This document shows, piece after piece, positions 13,840-26,945 of a stretch of DNA of 64,000 bases. The stretch is taken from positions 91,760,001 to 91,824,000 of the forward strand of contig OZ024746.1 in assembly GCA_964016885.1 (NCBI GenBank). Reading direction: 5' to 3'. The stretch comes from Eledone cirrhosa. Taxonomy: Eukaryota. The notes under the pieces are model-generated. The model was not told the origin of the DNA, searched no databases, and saw only the letters and a list, made by a program, of their open reading frames with translations. The first letter of the stretch is position 1. Each line of letters opens with the position of its first letter. The translations under genes and the position numbers were made by a program.

Positions 13840-14022
13840 CCTAATGTTCAAACCGGCCAAAACTGGCTGTAACTGGTCGCTCAAACTGATGTTAAGGTAT
13901 TGTTATCAAAATAAATACTTTCAAAATCTCATAGATTCGATATTATGTGAGATATTATGTGAGGTAAAGCCTTTATCATGAAAATATAATAGTATATATA
14001 GATTAATGTGAATGCTAAAGGG
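13840..14022. mobile_element. piggyBac-type MITE (short copy)
   Basis: Flanked by ttaa on both sides, ends gaatgctaaaggg. Homologous to 22151-22747 and 37464-39095. Confidence 0.75.
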
Positions 14023-14750
14023 TTAAAGAATAATTCATATTTACCAAAATCTTCATAATTTTACACCCGTTTTCCATGTTCGTATGGATTGGTCAGTGAA
14101 CCACACCTTACCTAGACACTCCATATTTGGCATGGTTTCTATAGTCTTAACACCAATCACTTTACAGTGTGTATTGAATACTTTCCATCATCGAATTTGC
14201 ACTATAACCTTATGGAGTGTACTGGGGGCATTTTATTGTGAAACCAGCAATTGAGAGATTGTGTGCTTAACCTGACTGAACAGGCATTCTCTACTCTATA
14301 TTTTTTCCATTCAACTGCCAACTTCTTTATAGAACGTACTGGCTGTATTTTATCATGGCTCCATCAGTAGAGGTTCTAAGATGTTCCATAGATACAGAGA
14401 TTCCTCTCTACTCTATGTTTTCTTAATCTTTCTAAAGTGAGGAATACCAGTTCATTCCATTGTGTCCCCTACTTACACTTGGATTTTCAATAAACTTAAA
14501 GACATGGGAATTTGAAAGTAGATGGTAAAATAAGGTTACGTTTGTAAACAATTCCTACAAATATACAAGAATAATGCTGATGACTTGTCCTACTTTTGAG
14601 AGCAGGTAACATGGACATTAAATGATAGTTCTACCATCAACAATTTATGTGGCATGAAATATTTTACTTTTAAAAAGTGCGTTCCCAATATTAACAAATT
14701 TGGAAAGCCCTGAAAATATAAAACTAGAAGCTATTAATCTCTCTATCTCT

Positions 14751-14941
14751 AGGGCGGTGGATTGGCAGTATCGGTAGAGGGTTGGACGCCATGCTTTGAC
14801 GCATAGAGTTACGGCCCTTGCCATTCTGAGTTCAAATCCCGCCGAGGTTAACTTTGCCTTTCATCCTTACGGGCTCGATAAAATAAAGTACCAGTGATGC
14901 ACTGGGTAATTGCTGGCCTTGTGCCAAAAGTAGAAACAATT
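14751..14941 (+). mobile_element. tRNA-derived SINE, near full length
   Basis: gggcggtggattggcagtatcggtaga...gagttcaaatcccgcc...gtagaaacaatt. Confidence 0.9.
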
Positions 14942-15189
14942 AATCTCTCTATGTACAAATGTTGCCAAGGTCAACTTTGCCTTTCATCCTTTCAAGGTCA
15001 ATAATAAAGTACTAGTCAAGTACTAGGATTGAAGCTTCCTCTATCTCACTTCCATTCTCTCACTCTCAATTCTTCTCTGGAAGAAGAAATCTGTTGTGTA
15101 AAAACCTAGAGAGGGATGAGCTCTGCTAGGCTTAAAATGCCTTTAAAATGCTGTATGCCACTATAGGTCCCTACATACATGCATGCAGG

Positions 15190-15440
15190 CCCTCGTGCTT
15201 ATCCCTGTTTCATGGTATGACGCGATTAAGAGTACAAGACTTCCCCTGGACAGGACACAAGCCCATTGCAGGGTTAAACCCCCAGGCTATTGCTGGTATT
15301 CATTTTCAGCTGAGTATACTGGAGCAACATGAAATGAAGTGTTTTGCTCAAGATCACAACACACAACCCAGCCTAGGAATCGAACCTATGACATTATGAT
15401 CATAAGTGAAATACCCTTACCACTAGGCCACGTGCTTTCA
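15190..15440 (-). mobile_element. Second tRNA-SINE family
   Basis: Minus-strand head cacgtggcctagtggtaagggt...ggttcgattcct. Homologous to 36395-36640. Confidence 0.75.
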
Positions 15441-15560
15441 TACATACATGTACATAAAATGGATATTCTCTCTCTGATGAAACTCTAAGAAAACTAGACA
15501 TTAATCAGATCTTATCTTTCACAGCCTCCTGAAATATAAATTATATTTATATACGTTTGT

Positions 15561-16060
15561 ATCATCATCATCATCATCATCATCACAGTTTTACGTCCGT
15601 TCTTCCACGCTAGCATGGGTTAGACGGGTTGTCCTGTTGTGGGCAGTGTCTGGTCGGCTGACCTTGTCTTGCTCATACAGGAACTGATTTTGGCTTGATT
15701 TCTACAGCTGGATGCCCTTCCTAACACCAACCTCATTTACAGTGAGTGCTGGGTGCTCCACGACCACTTTACAGTGGGAGGGTGTGGGCGCATATTGTCT
15801 ATATGCTTCAGCTTTGGTTTGTACCCATGGGAGGTCGGGTACTCTGTATTACTGCGTGACGCCAGAGGTCACAGTCGTGTGTCATCGCTTTTGAGAGGTG
15901 TAATTGGGTAAGGTCGGCTTTTATCACCTCATCCCAGGTCATCTTGGGTCTCCCCACTCCGCGGTTTCCATTGACTTCTAGTGCTCTGCACCTTTTTATG
16001 CAGCTGTCATCCTTCATACGCATCACATGTCCATACCAACGCAACCGCCTCTCCTGCACA
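15561..16060 (-). mobile_element. RTE LINE 3' fragment
   Basis: QERRLRWYGHVMRM...GRPKMTW with (cat)n tail at 15561-15585. Confidence 0.85.
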
Positions 16061-16063
16061 CAG

Positions 16064-16716
16064 CATTACCCTTCATCAGTACAGCTCACTGTTCACCTGC
16101 CAACTGTACTGATGAAGGGTGATGCCCAGAAACAGTGTCTGCAGTTCTGTTTACATGCCAACACAAGAGCAAGAATGAGGGGCTCATTCTACTGACATGG
16201 CTTTAAAAATTAGGCTTGTTTGCATAATTGCAAACGAATCGAATGTTATTATTAATATTGGAAAAACTCAGATTACATTTATTGTATTCAGCCATGTAGA
16301 GCGAACATTTAAAATTTTTTTTTATTTGAATATGGGAAAGCCGACCATTAATCGTTCGTATACAGGAAACTGGCTGACCTGTCTGCTGATATGCAAATCT
16401 GGCTGATTAGTGAATCTGCTAATATGCAGATCTGACTGATCAGCCAGTCTGCTAATATGCAAATCAGGCCGATCAGTCACTGTATATTTTAGAAAATATA
16501 TATTTTCACTAGCCCTGACAGTTGGCAGGTGAACAGTGAACTGTACTGATGAAGGGTAATAACCCAGAAACAGTCTGCAGTTCTGTTTACATGCCAACAC
16601 AAGAGAAAGAATGAGGGGCTCATTCTACTGACATGGCTTTAAAAATGGGGCTTGTTTGCATAATTGCAAATGAATCGAATGTTATTATTAATATTCGAAA
16701 AACTCAGATTACATTT
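16064..16716 (+). mobile_element. Tandem HHR element: direct repeats 16103-16277 and 16540-16715, plus a short inverted 5' segment
   Basis: Each repeat starts actgta-CTGATGA-agggt..ccca-GAAA-cag(tg)-TC-tgcagt. 16064-16106 is the reverse complement of 16518-16560. Ends in (TA)n. Confidence 0.85.
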
Positions 16717-16726
16717 GTTATATATA

Positions 16727-16840
<114 letters not shown>

Positions 16841-17500
16841 CAAAATTAATATAAATATGACATTAAATTTAAAAGACATTTATATAATAAACATATATAT
16901 TATACAATTTTGAATTACAACTTAAGTTATCGGAGTCCCATTTTGGTTAATAATAATAATTACATACTTAATAAAATTGGAAACCTCTAAAATTTAACAT
17001 TTATCTCATTCTTGGAATTTATAGCTAATACTTAGCCTCTCTCTAAAGAATATAATTACCTCAAGTTGAAAGAATTAATTACTCTGAATCATAGCCATTC
17101 AATTATAATTATCGTTAATGTTCACTCTCTAATTAAAAGATTTAAGAATTATTTTTTTACAAAACTTAATAATACTCCAATGAATATAGATTCTATTCAA
17201 AATCCTGGCAATATATTGCCCATAAATTTAATTCTATGTGATACATCTTCAAATACTTCACCCTAAATTTCAGTTAACCCTTTTGTCAACAACCCACCTC
17301 ACACTACTCTTAGTTCTATCACTTAGACCTCCTATTTTTGTTCATATCTAAATTAAAACCTTCCATTATAATTCTATTTATAGCCGTCTTCTTAGGATGT
17401 GTTCAAACACCGACTTAAAGGAAACGAGAGTTATTTTACAAACTTCTTCTAAATTCTTAAGCATTGAAAACACATAGGCAAGTATGAGGAGGGGGAGAGG

Positions 17501-17710
17501 TGAGAGGAATGTAAGGAGCTGGTTACCAGGTCATCTGTGGTGACACAACTGTCCACCAGACTACAGGACATGAGAGAAATGTAAGGAGCTGGTTACCAGG
17601 TCATCTGTGGTGACACAACTGTCCACCAGACTACAGGACATGAGAGGAATGTAAGGAGCTGGTTACCAGGTCATCTGTGGTGCCCCAAAAGTCCACCAGA
17701 CTACAGGACA
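17501..17710. repeat. 70-bp tandem repeat x3
   Basis: tgagaggaatgtaaggagctggttaccagg...ctacaggaca repeated. Confidence 0.9.
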
Positions 17711-18282
17711 GATGAGATGAGACAGTTTGTTTCATTAGAAATATGGTCATGAAAGGGCTAACATCTTGGAATTACACAATTCAATACTTATCTAATAAAA
17801 TAAAAATCCTTTAAACTTATGGAAGACCTCAGGTAAAATAATAGTAATAATAATTGTTTATACTTTTGGCACAAGGCCAGCATGTATGTTTATATAACTC
17901 TACTACAAAATAAAATTAATAAAGTTATCAATTTTAAATAGGGAATTTCTTACCCATCCCTTGTATATGCTGTTTGCTGCTCTTCACCTGCTCTTACCTA
18001 GCAGTTATTGCTTTCTACTGGTGTCTTGGTTAATCAGAATAGCTTCTGATAACAATAATACATGACGTTGTCAAAGGAAAGACATTTTATCTTCCCAACA
18101 TAATGGCATAAAGTGAAAAATATCTGTGGCTATTCAGGCGTCTATAAATATATTTTTTGGGGAAAGAATTTCAATGGAGTTTGCACTAAATCCTGTTACC
18201 TAATAATAGATAAAACGAACATTATTTTAGAATAATAATCATCACTGTTTGTCTATTTATATTCTCTCTCTCTCTCGCTCTT

Positions 18283-18316
<34 letters not shown>

Positions 18317-18951
18317 GATTTTGAGTATATGTTGGTTGTATAACAACACCTCAGTATGCAGGCTGGAGCACTCGACGAAGTGCGCAGGTTGGTTTGGTTA
18401 CTCCGGAGTAATGTAAAATAAAGTTAAATAAAAAGTCAAATGTTTAAAATTTAGCTTCGTTTATTACTGCTATATATATTTCGGTGACAGCCATCTTTGG
18501 CTGTGACCTCTTCAGGCAGTCCGAATTAGTGTGGTATAGACAAGTACATATGTTGTTGAGGTGTATAATTTTGTCAATACTCTGATATGCCCAGTTCCTG
18601 GTTGGGTTGTTATTTCACTGAGGAAATAACAACCCAACCAGTTCCTCACTGAATTAACAACCCAACCAGGAACTGGGCATATCAGAGTATTGACAAAATT
18701 ATACACCTCAACAACATATGTACTTGTCTATACCACACTAATTCAAACTGCCTGAAGAGGTCACAGCCAAAGATGGCTGTCACTGAAATATATATAGCAG
18801 TAATAAACGAAGCTAAATTTTAAAGATTTGACTTTTTATTTAACTTTATTTTACATTACTCTGGAGTAACCAAACCAACCTGCGCACTTCGTCGAGTGCT
18901 CCAGCCTGCATACTGAGGTGTTGGTATACAACCAACATATACTCAAAATCT
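18317..18951. mobile_element. Family C ~635-bp near-perfect palindrome in (TA)n with HHRs at 18466-18520 (-) and 18747-18801 (+)
   Basis: Arms of about 305 bp. HHR: actgc-CTGAAGA-ggtcacagcca-aaga-tggctgtcact-GAAA-tatata-TA-gcagt, then aataaa. Confidence 0.92.
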
Positions 18952-18994
18952 CTCTCTATATATATATAAATATATATATGAGCGTGTGAGTGTG

Positions 18995-19066
<72 letters not shown>

Positions 19067-19304
19067 TATATCCCATTAGATGGCTTAAGGTTTAATGAGT
19101 TAAATTAGACTGTGTGGGACTAGGATATGGAATAAAAAGTTTCTATTTCAACAGAAAATAGTAAACTGAAGCAATTAAAAGTATTTTATGGCTGGAATTG
19201 GTGTGAGTCATGGTTGTTTGGGTAAAAATATTCTCATAATGTTGAGGTTGTTTGGTAAATGTGACAGAGTACATATCAAACACATAACTTGGACATTACT
19301 CTAG

Positions 19305-19338
<34 letters not shown>

Positions 19339-19636
19339 CATACACACACACACACATATACACATATACACATACACACACATATACCATACACACACAC
19401 ATACATATACACACACATACATATGCACGCACGCACACACATATACACACACATACACATGCACATAAACATACACATACATACACACACATACATACAC
19501 ACACGTACATATACACACATACATATACACACGTGCATGCATACACACACATATAAAACAGAAAAAACCCAAATCGTGAAGTTCCTGCTTTCCCCCCAAG
19601 ATCAATAACAGTGCATGAAGGGAATTACAGCTTGGA

Positions 19637-19965
19637 ATTGAAACTGTGTACTCTCCTATCTCAGAGGTACTTTTTTACAGCTCATCCCCCTGACAGAGTT
19701 ACATTGAAACTGTGTACTCTCCTATGTCAGAGGTACTTTCTACAGCTCATTGCCCTGACAGACTTACATTGAAACTGTGTACTCTCCTATCTCAGAGGTA
19801 CTTTCTACAGTTCATTGCCCTGACAGACTTAAATTGAAACTGTGTACTCTCCTATCTCAGAGGTACTTTCTACAGCTCATTGCCCTGACAGACTTACATT
19901 GAAACTGTGTACTCTCCTATGTCAGAGGTACTTTTCTACAGCTCATTCCCCTGACAGAGTTACAG
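19637..19965. repeat. ~65-bp tandem repeat x5
   Basis: ttgaaactgtgtactctcctatctcagaggtactttctacagctcattgccctgacagacttaca. Confidence 0.9.
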
Positions 19966-20044
19966 TCTTGGATGAAGAAATGACCAAGACATGGGTACTG
20001 GCACCTAGAATATTGTCAGGTTCTTACAGTCCTCTACCAATCAG

Positions 20045-20526
20045 GGGCTCATGGCTTAGTGGTTAGAGTGTTGGACTTACAATCACAAGGTTGTGAGTTT
20101 GATTCTCGGACCAGGCTTCACATTGTGTTCTTGAGCAAGACACTTTATTTCATGTTGCTCCAGTTTACTCAGCTGTTGAAATGGGTTGTGACGTCACTGG
20201 TGCCAAGATGTATCGGCCTTTACCTTTCCCTTGGACAACATCATATACAATGTATATATAGTATATTTATAGCGTATATATGGTGTAAATTGTGAATATA
20301 TATAATGTATACGATATATATATATATATGTTGCGATGTCACTGGTGTCAAGCTGTATCAGCCTTTGTCTTTCCCTTAGACATCATTGGTGGTGTGGAGA
20401 GGGGAGACTGGTATGCGTGGGCGACTGCTGGTCTTCTACAAACAACCTTGCCTGGACTTGTGTCTCAGAGGAGAGCTTTCTAGGTATAAATCCCATGGTC
20501 ATTCATGACCAAAGGGGGTCTTTACC
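20045..20526 (+). mobile_element. tRNA-SINE (second family), interrupted by a TA-rich stretch
   Basis: Head tggcttagtggttagagtgttggac...gagtttgattc, core tgtgttcttgagcaagacacttta. Confidence 0.7.
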
Positions 20527-21639
20527 AGTCAGACATTGCAATCAGTGAAAGTTCCACATTAGAAATCTGTAGAGGATCAAGTGGTGAGGAAGTGGGATGA
20601 TGTTCTTGGGGAAGTCCTAGTTGTTGATGAGAATGAACTGGCTGGTCTATTCTGGAGGACCTTCACCCCAGGGACTATGGATAATTTCCAGAAATCTCTA
20701 ACCTTGCAATGCTACCAGGGGGAAATGCCATTTTTGGATAACTCTACAGGTATGGAAGTGTTGTTAGACAGGTCTGTTTGAGATGTGCACAGCGTGACAA
20801 GACTTCTGTATGCACTTGTTCAATGTCCATGTGGAGTTTATGTTGAAAAACTGTTGTTGCATGTAGGGCAGATCCAGCTGTTGACTTAGTCTATCATCAA
20901 GATCATCCCACTGCCATCTTTTAATGGAAGGGTGAGCAGTTTTCCTATGTCTGGGAACCATGGCGAAAGAGGTTGTGTGGTGGACAAGACTGACATATTC
21001 CTCTTCAGTGAAGCTCTGGACTTTTTCAAGTTCCATTAGGAAAGGCAGTTGTTATTTCCAGTATACAGATGCCAATATAAAGAATGTGATAATGGTAATC
21101 ATTGGCAGTGTTGCAAGCAGGGCAGGTTTTATCAAGGACGGTAAGGGCGAATGCCCTGGGCCCCCTAAGTTCTAAATCTGGACCTTGTTGCAAGTGGCTA
21201 CTTTGTTGTCCTACCCATGCTAGCATGATGATGATGATGATGATGATGACAATAATGATGATGATAATGATGATGATGATAATGATGATCATGATCATGA
21301 TGATACTTGCAGAATTTGTTCCAGCTCTTTATATTCTCAGTTCAAATATTGCGGAAGTTAACTTCCTTTTTAGTCTTTCAAGTACTGGGTCAATATAATC
21401 AACTATGCCCCCCATCCCTAATGTCTGGTCCTGTGCTTACACTGTTACTCTATAATGTGTCCCAGCCCACAGGCTGAGGCCATGCTGGGGTACCGCTTAT
21501 GTGGGAAATTGTTAGTGCTTTATATTTTTATTTTCAGTTTATATGCACACAGACTCAAACATACACCCAGTAAACACCCCTTAACCACTATACCCCCACA
21601 CACCCACTTCTGTCCACACCACCCTTACACTGTGATCAA

Positions 21640-22115
21640 AATATATTCAGTCCACACTATAAAGGGGTCATGAAGGAGTCACAACAAAGAGCACCCAGTC
21701 CACACTGTAAAGTGGTCATGTAGATGTCACAGCAAAAAGTACCCAGTACATACTGTAAAGTGGTCATGTAGGTGTCACAACAAAAAGCACCCAGTCCACA
21801 CTGTAAAGTAGTCATGTAGGTGTCACAGCAAAAAGCACCCAGTCCACACTGTAAAGTAGTCATGTAGGTGTCACAGCAAAAAGCACCCAGTCTACACTGT
21901 AAAGTGGTCATGTAGGTGTCACAGCAAAAAGCACCCAGTCTACACTGTAAATGTGGTTGGTGTTAGGAAGGGCATCCAACCATAGAAATCTAGCCAGAAA
22001 TAGTCCTATATAAGCAAGACACGGTCACCTGACCCAACTTACCTCAAATGGGATGACCCATCTAACCCATGCTAGCATGAAAAATGGATGTTAAACAATG
22101 ATGATGATGATGATG
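21640..22115 (+). repeat. 48-bp minisatellite expanded inside an RTE 3'-end fragment with (GAT)n tail
   Basis: Unit ccagtccacactgtaaagtggtcatgtaggtgtcacagcaaaaagcac x6, continuing into ggttggtgttaggaagggcatcc and the tail. Confidence 0.85.
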
Positions 22116-22150
22116 TTTAGTATGATTTTAGTTTTTGGCTTTTCTCTTAA

Positions 22151-22747
22151 CCCTTTAACATTCAAACCAGCCAAAACCGGCCAGAATTCTCTACCTCTTT
22201 CTGTTGAAACTGACTGTAACTGGCCACTCATACTGATGTTAAGGTATTGTTCTCAAAATAAATACTTTCAAAATCTCATAGATTCGATATTATGAGATAT
22301 TATTGTTTCTACATTTGGCACAAGGCCAGCAATTACCCCAGTGTATTACTGTTATCGACCCCGTAAGGATGAAAGGCAAAGTTAACCTCGGTGAGATTTG
22401 AACTCAGACAATAAAGGGACGCAACTCTATGCTGCAAAGCATGGCGTCCGACCCTCTACCGATACTGCCAAACTACCGCCCTTCTGTGATATATTATGTG
22501 AGGTAAAGCCTTTACCATGAAAATATAATTGTTTCTACTTTAGACACAAGGCCAGCAATTACCCCAGTGTATAACTAGTACTTTATTTTATCGACCCCGG
22601 AAGGATGAAAGGCAAAGTCAACCTCAGCGGGATTTGAACTCAGATCGTAAAGGGACGTAACTATGCTGGAAAGCATGGCGTCCGACCCTCTACCGATACT
22701 GCCAATCCACATAATAGTATATATAGAGTAATGTGAATGCTAAAGGG
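22151..22747. mobile_element. piggyBac-type MITE with two nested SINEs (22303-22482 and 22527-22710, both minus)
   Basis: TTAA|ccctttaacattc ... gaatgctaaaggg|TTAA. Confidence 0.85.
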
Positions 22748-23104
22748 TTAAGTTAAAAATTTTATTTTGTCAATTGTAATTATTGAATGTGATGTAACAT
22801 TTAAGTGGTGTTAGCATATCATTGAAAACTTTATCTTGATTTAGTGGTTCAAGAGAGAAGCCAGTGAAGTTTTCACCATTCTTATGAGAATATTTCATGT
22901 CAGCTCCACAAAAGCACTTGTCAATTACATAAGCTTTTATAAAGACTGTAAGAATGGCCGAAACACTACAGTACTGAACTAATCATTATACTATAGTTAA
23001 CTTTCTCCATTCTGAGTTCAAAACCTGCTGTGTCCGACTCTGTATTCTGTTGGGGATCAATAAAATGAAGTGCTTATTAGTACTTATTTAAATAGGCGAT
23101 GGCA

Positions 23105-23430
23105 CAGGACTGAGACCTCTGGTGTTACACAGTAATATAGAAGACCCAACTTCCCATGGGTACAAGCCGAAGCATATAGACAGTATGCCCCCACCGCCTC
23201 CCACTGTAAAGTGGTCATGTAGGTGTCACGATAAAAAGTACCCAGTCCACACTGTAAACGAGGTTAACATTAGCAAGAGCATCCAGCTGTAGAAATCAAG
23301 CCAAAATCAGTTCTGTTTGAGCAAGACATGGTCACCTGACCTGGCATCGCCCACAACAGTGCAACTCGTTTAACCTAAGCTAGCGTGGAAGAATGGATGT
23401 AAAATGGTGATGATGATGATGATGATGATG
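23105..23430 (+). mobile_element. RTE 3'-end fragment with (GAT)n tail, followed by a minus-strand SINE (23430-23585)
   Basis: Reverse-complement homolog of 15561-15885. Confidence 0.75.
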
Positions 23431-23652
23431 CACAAGGCCAATAATTTGGGGGAAACGGAAAGTCGATTAAATTGACCCTAGTGCATTACTGGTACTTTAT
23501 TTTATCGACCCCATAAGGATGAAAGGGAAAGCTAACCCCAGTGGGATTTGAACTCAGAACGCAAACGGCTGCAACTCTATGCTTAAGTCATAGTAGTCAG
23601 TTATACTCTTTATTTGACATTTGTTTTTATTAATCAATGGACAAGATCCCAG

Positions 23653-23996
23653 ACCTTAGTGGGGTGGATCTCAAGGGTGAGGACTTACCTTAGTGGGGTG
23701 GATCTCAAGGGTGAGGACTTACCTTAGTGGGGTGGATCTCAAGGGTGAGGTTACTTACCTTAGTGGGCTGGATCTCAAGGGTGAGGTTACTTACCTTAGT
23801 GGGGTAGATCTCAAGAGTGACATTAGTTACCTTAGTGGGGTGGATCTCAAGGGTGACATTAGTTACTTTAGTGAGGTAGATCTCAAGGGTGACATTAGTT
23901 ACCTTAGTGGGGTGGATCTCAAGGGTGACATTAGTTACCTTAGTGGGGTAGATCTCAAGGGTGAGGTTACTTACCCTAGTGGGGTGGATCTCAAGA
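23653..23996. repeat. 32/36-bp minisatellite
   Basis: accttagtggggtggatctcaagggtga(cattagtt/ggttactt), about 10 copies. Confidence 0.9.
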
Positions 23997-24594
23997 ATGA
24001 AATGAAAATGACAAAAATATAAAACAAACATAAAACCCCATAGACAGGGTGGAAATCATAGACAGGGTGGAAACCATAGACAGGGTGGAAATTTTGGGTG
24101 ACTTGCACTTTCTGAAGAGAAATCATAAAGGAAAGAATTTAGTGTGAGATTTGGAAAGTATGATGGAGTAGGGGTGACAATATGAAGATAACCTGGGGTA
24201 TTCTAGGGTGAAGTGACACACCCTACTACTTCAAAGGTCATTATGACTATTGTAGTAATCAAAATAAAACTTGTTGTGTGAGTGTCAACATTATTAACTC
24301 TTTCATCTGAAGACTGCCACCCTACTTCAACCCTAATATGTCATCTGACTTGTGGTCCCGGACAATAGGATGGAGAAGATACTGCCTTAGAGGAGGGCAA
24401 GGGAGACATGCTGGAACAGCCACTCCATCTCATGGGGATCACACATGCGAGCAGCCAACTCTGATCTGATAGCAGTGAGCAAGGATGTGGTCTGGGGGCC
24501 AAGAACTCTGGAAGTCTCCATTGCTCAACCACAGACCTATCAGAAAGTGGCTGATAAGCTGAAAAGAAATACAGCATCTGATTGCTAGTGAATG

Positions 24595-26945
24595 TAGTGT
24601 GTTGGTGAGGGAATCCTTGTTGTTCAGCTGGGTGGTTTATTGTGGTGTGTTGGAGAGGGGAATCCCTGTTGTTCAGCTGGGTGGTTTGTTGTGATGTGTT
24701 GGCGAGGGAATCCCTGTTGTTCAGCTGGGTGGTTTGTTGTGATGTGTTGGTGAGGGAATCCCTGTTGTACAGCTGGGTGGTTTGTTGCAATGTGTTGGTG
24801 AGGGAAGGTCTGTTGTTCAGCTGGGTGGTTTGTTGTGGTGTGTTGGTGAGGGAATCCTTGTCATTCAGCTGGGTGGTTTGTTGTGGTGTGTTGGTGAGGG
24901 AATCCCTGTCATTCAGCTGGGTGGTTTGTTGTGGTGTGTTGGTGAGGGAATTCCTGTTGTTCAGCTGGGTGGTTTGTTGTGGTGTGTTAGTGAGGGAATC
25001 CCTGTTGTTCAGCTGGGTGGTTTGTTGTGGTGTGTTGGTGAGGGAAGGTCTGTTGTTCAGCTGGGTGGTTTGTTGTGGTGTGTTGGTGAGGAAATCTGTG
25101 TCATTCAGCTGGGTGGTTTGTTGTGGTGTGTTGGTGAGGGAATCCCTGTCATTCAGCTGGGTGGTTTGTTGTGGTGTGTTGGTGAGGAAATCGGTGTCAT
25201 TCAGCTGGGTGGTTTGTTGTGGTGTGTTAGTGAGGGAATCCCTGTCATTCAGCTGGGTGGTTTGTTGTGATGTGTTGGTGAGGGAAGGTCTGTTGTTCAG
25301 CTGGGTGGTTTGTTGTGATGTGTTGGTGAGGGAATCCATTGTTCAGCTGGGTGGTTTGTTGTGGTGTGTTGGTGAGGGAATCCCTGTCATTCAGCTGGGT
25401 GGTTTGTTGTGGTGTGTTGGTGAGGGAATCCCTGTTGTTCAGCTGGGTGGTTTGTTGTGGTGTGTTGGTGAGGGAATCCCTGTTGTTCAGCTGGGTGGTT
25501 TGTTGTGGTGTGTTGGTGAGGGAATCCTTGTCATTCAGCTGGGTGGTTTGTTGTGGTGTGTTGGTGAGGGAAGGTCTGTTGTTCAGCTGGGTGGTTTGTT
25601 GTGGTGTGTTGGTGAGGGAATCCTTGTCATTCAGCTGGGTGGTTTGTTGTGGTGTGTTGGTGAGGGAAGGTCTGTTGTTCAGCTGGGTGGTTTGTTGTGG
25701 TGTGTTGGTGAGGGAAGATCTGTTGTTCAGCTGGGTGGTTTGTTGTGGTGTGTTGGTGAGGGAATCCCTGTCATTCAGCTGGGTGGTTTGTTGTGGTGTG
25801 TTGGTGAGGGAAGGTCTGTTGTTCAGCTGGGTGGTTTGTTGTGGTGTGTTGGTGAGGAAATCCGTGTCATTCAGCTGGGTGGTTTGTTGTGGTGTGTTGG
25901 TGAGGGAATCCTTGTCATTCAGCTGGGTGGTTTGTTGTGGTGTGTTGGTGAGGGAATCCTTGTCATTCAGCTGGGTGGTTTGTTGTGGTGTGTTGGTGAG
26001 GGAAGGTCTGTTGTTCAGCTGGGTGGTTTGTTGTGGTGTGTTGGTGAGGAAATCCGTGTCATTCAGCTGGGTGGTTTGTTGTGGTGTGTTGGTGAGGGAA
26101 TCCCTGTCATTCAGCTGGGTGGTTTGTTGTGGTGTGTTGGTGAGGGAATCCTTGTCATTCAGCTGGGTGGTTTGTTGTGGTGTGTTGGTGAGGGAAGGTC
26201 TGTTGTTCAGCTGGGTGGTTTGTTGTGGTGTGTTAGTGAGGGAATCTCTGTCATTCAGCTGGGTGGTTTGTTGTGGTGTGTTGGTGAGGGAAGGTCTGTT
26301 GTTCAGCTGGGTGGTTTGTTGTGGTGTGTTGGTGAGGGAATCCTTGTCATTCAGCTGGGTGGTTTGTTGTGATGTGTTGGTGAGGGAAGGTCTGTTATTC
26401 AGCTGGGTGGTTTGTTGTGATGTGTTGGTGAGGGAATCCCTGTTGTTCAGCTGGGTGGTTTGTTGTGGTGTGTTGGTGAGGGAATCCCTGTCATTCAGCT
26501 GGGTGGTTTGTTGTGGTGTGTTGGTGAGGGAAGGTCTATTGTTCAGCTGGGTGGTTTGTTGTGGTGTGTTGGTGAGGGAATCCCTGTCATTCAGCTGGGT
26601 GGTTTGTTGTGGTGTGTTGGTGAGGGAATCCCTGTTGTTCAACTGGGTTGTTTGTTGTGGTGTGTTGGTGAGGAAAGCCCTGTTGTTCAGCTGGGTGGTT
26701 TGTTGTGGTGTGTTGGTGAGGGAATCCCTGTTGTTCAGCTGGGTGGTTTGTTGTGGTGTGTTGGTGAGGGAATATCTGTTGTTCAGCTGGGTGGTTTGTT
26801 GTGGTGTGTTGGTGAGGGAATCCCTGTTGTTCAGCTGGGTGGTTTGTTGTGATGTGTTGGTGAGGGAAGCCCTGTTGTTCAGCTGGGTGGCTTGTTTGGG
26901 TGTATTGGTGAGGGAAGGTCTGTTGTTCAGCTGGGTGGCTTGTTT
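24595..26945. repeat. 48-bp minisatellite, about 49 copies
   Basis: tgttggtgagggaatccctgttgttcagctgggtggtttgttgtggtg, giving 16-aa periodicity in the ORF track. Confidence 0.95.

Noticed and set aside
14751-14850. tRNA gene
   Set aside because: The A/B boxes belong to a multi-copy SINE head; no cloverleaf is evident.
15468-15500. ctgatga...gaaa as a hammerhead
   Set aside because: No stem II pairing and no UH or stem I. Similar isolated cores near 14577, 24112, 34379 and 44129 were rejected for the same reason.
17278-17757. Additional piggyBac-like MITE
   Set aside because: TIRs are weak and the right TTAA is imperfect; not enough support without other copies.
18317-18951. Interpreting the palindromes as classical TIR MITEs
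   Set aside because: Arm lengths are asymmetric and axes vary between copies of a family, and HHR cores are embedded; this fits retro-insertion with fold-back better.
20540-21060. Possible exon or zinc-finger remnant (CPTCNN on the minus strand)
   Set aside because: Interrupted by stops, with no complete motif or splice support.
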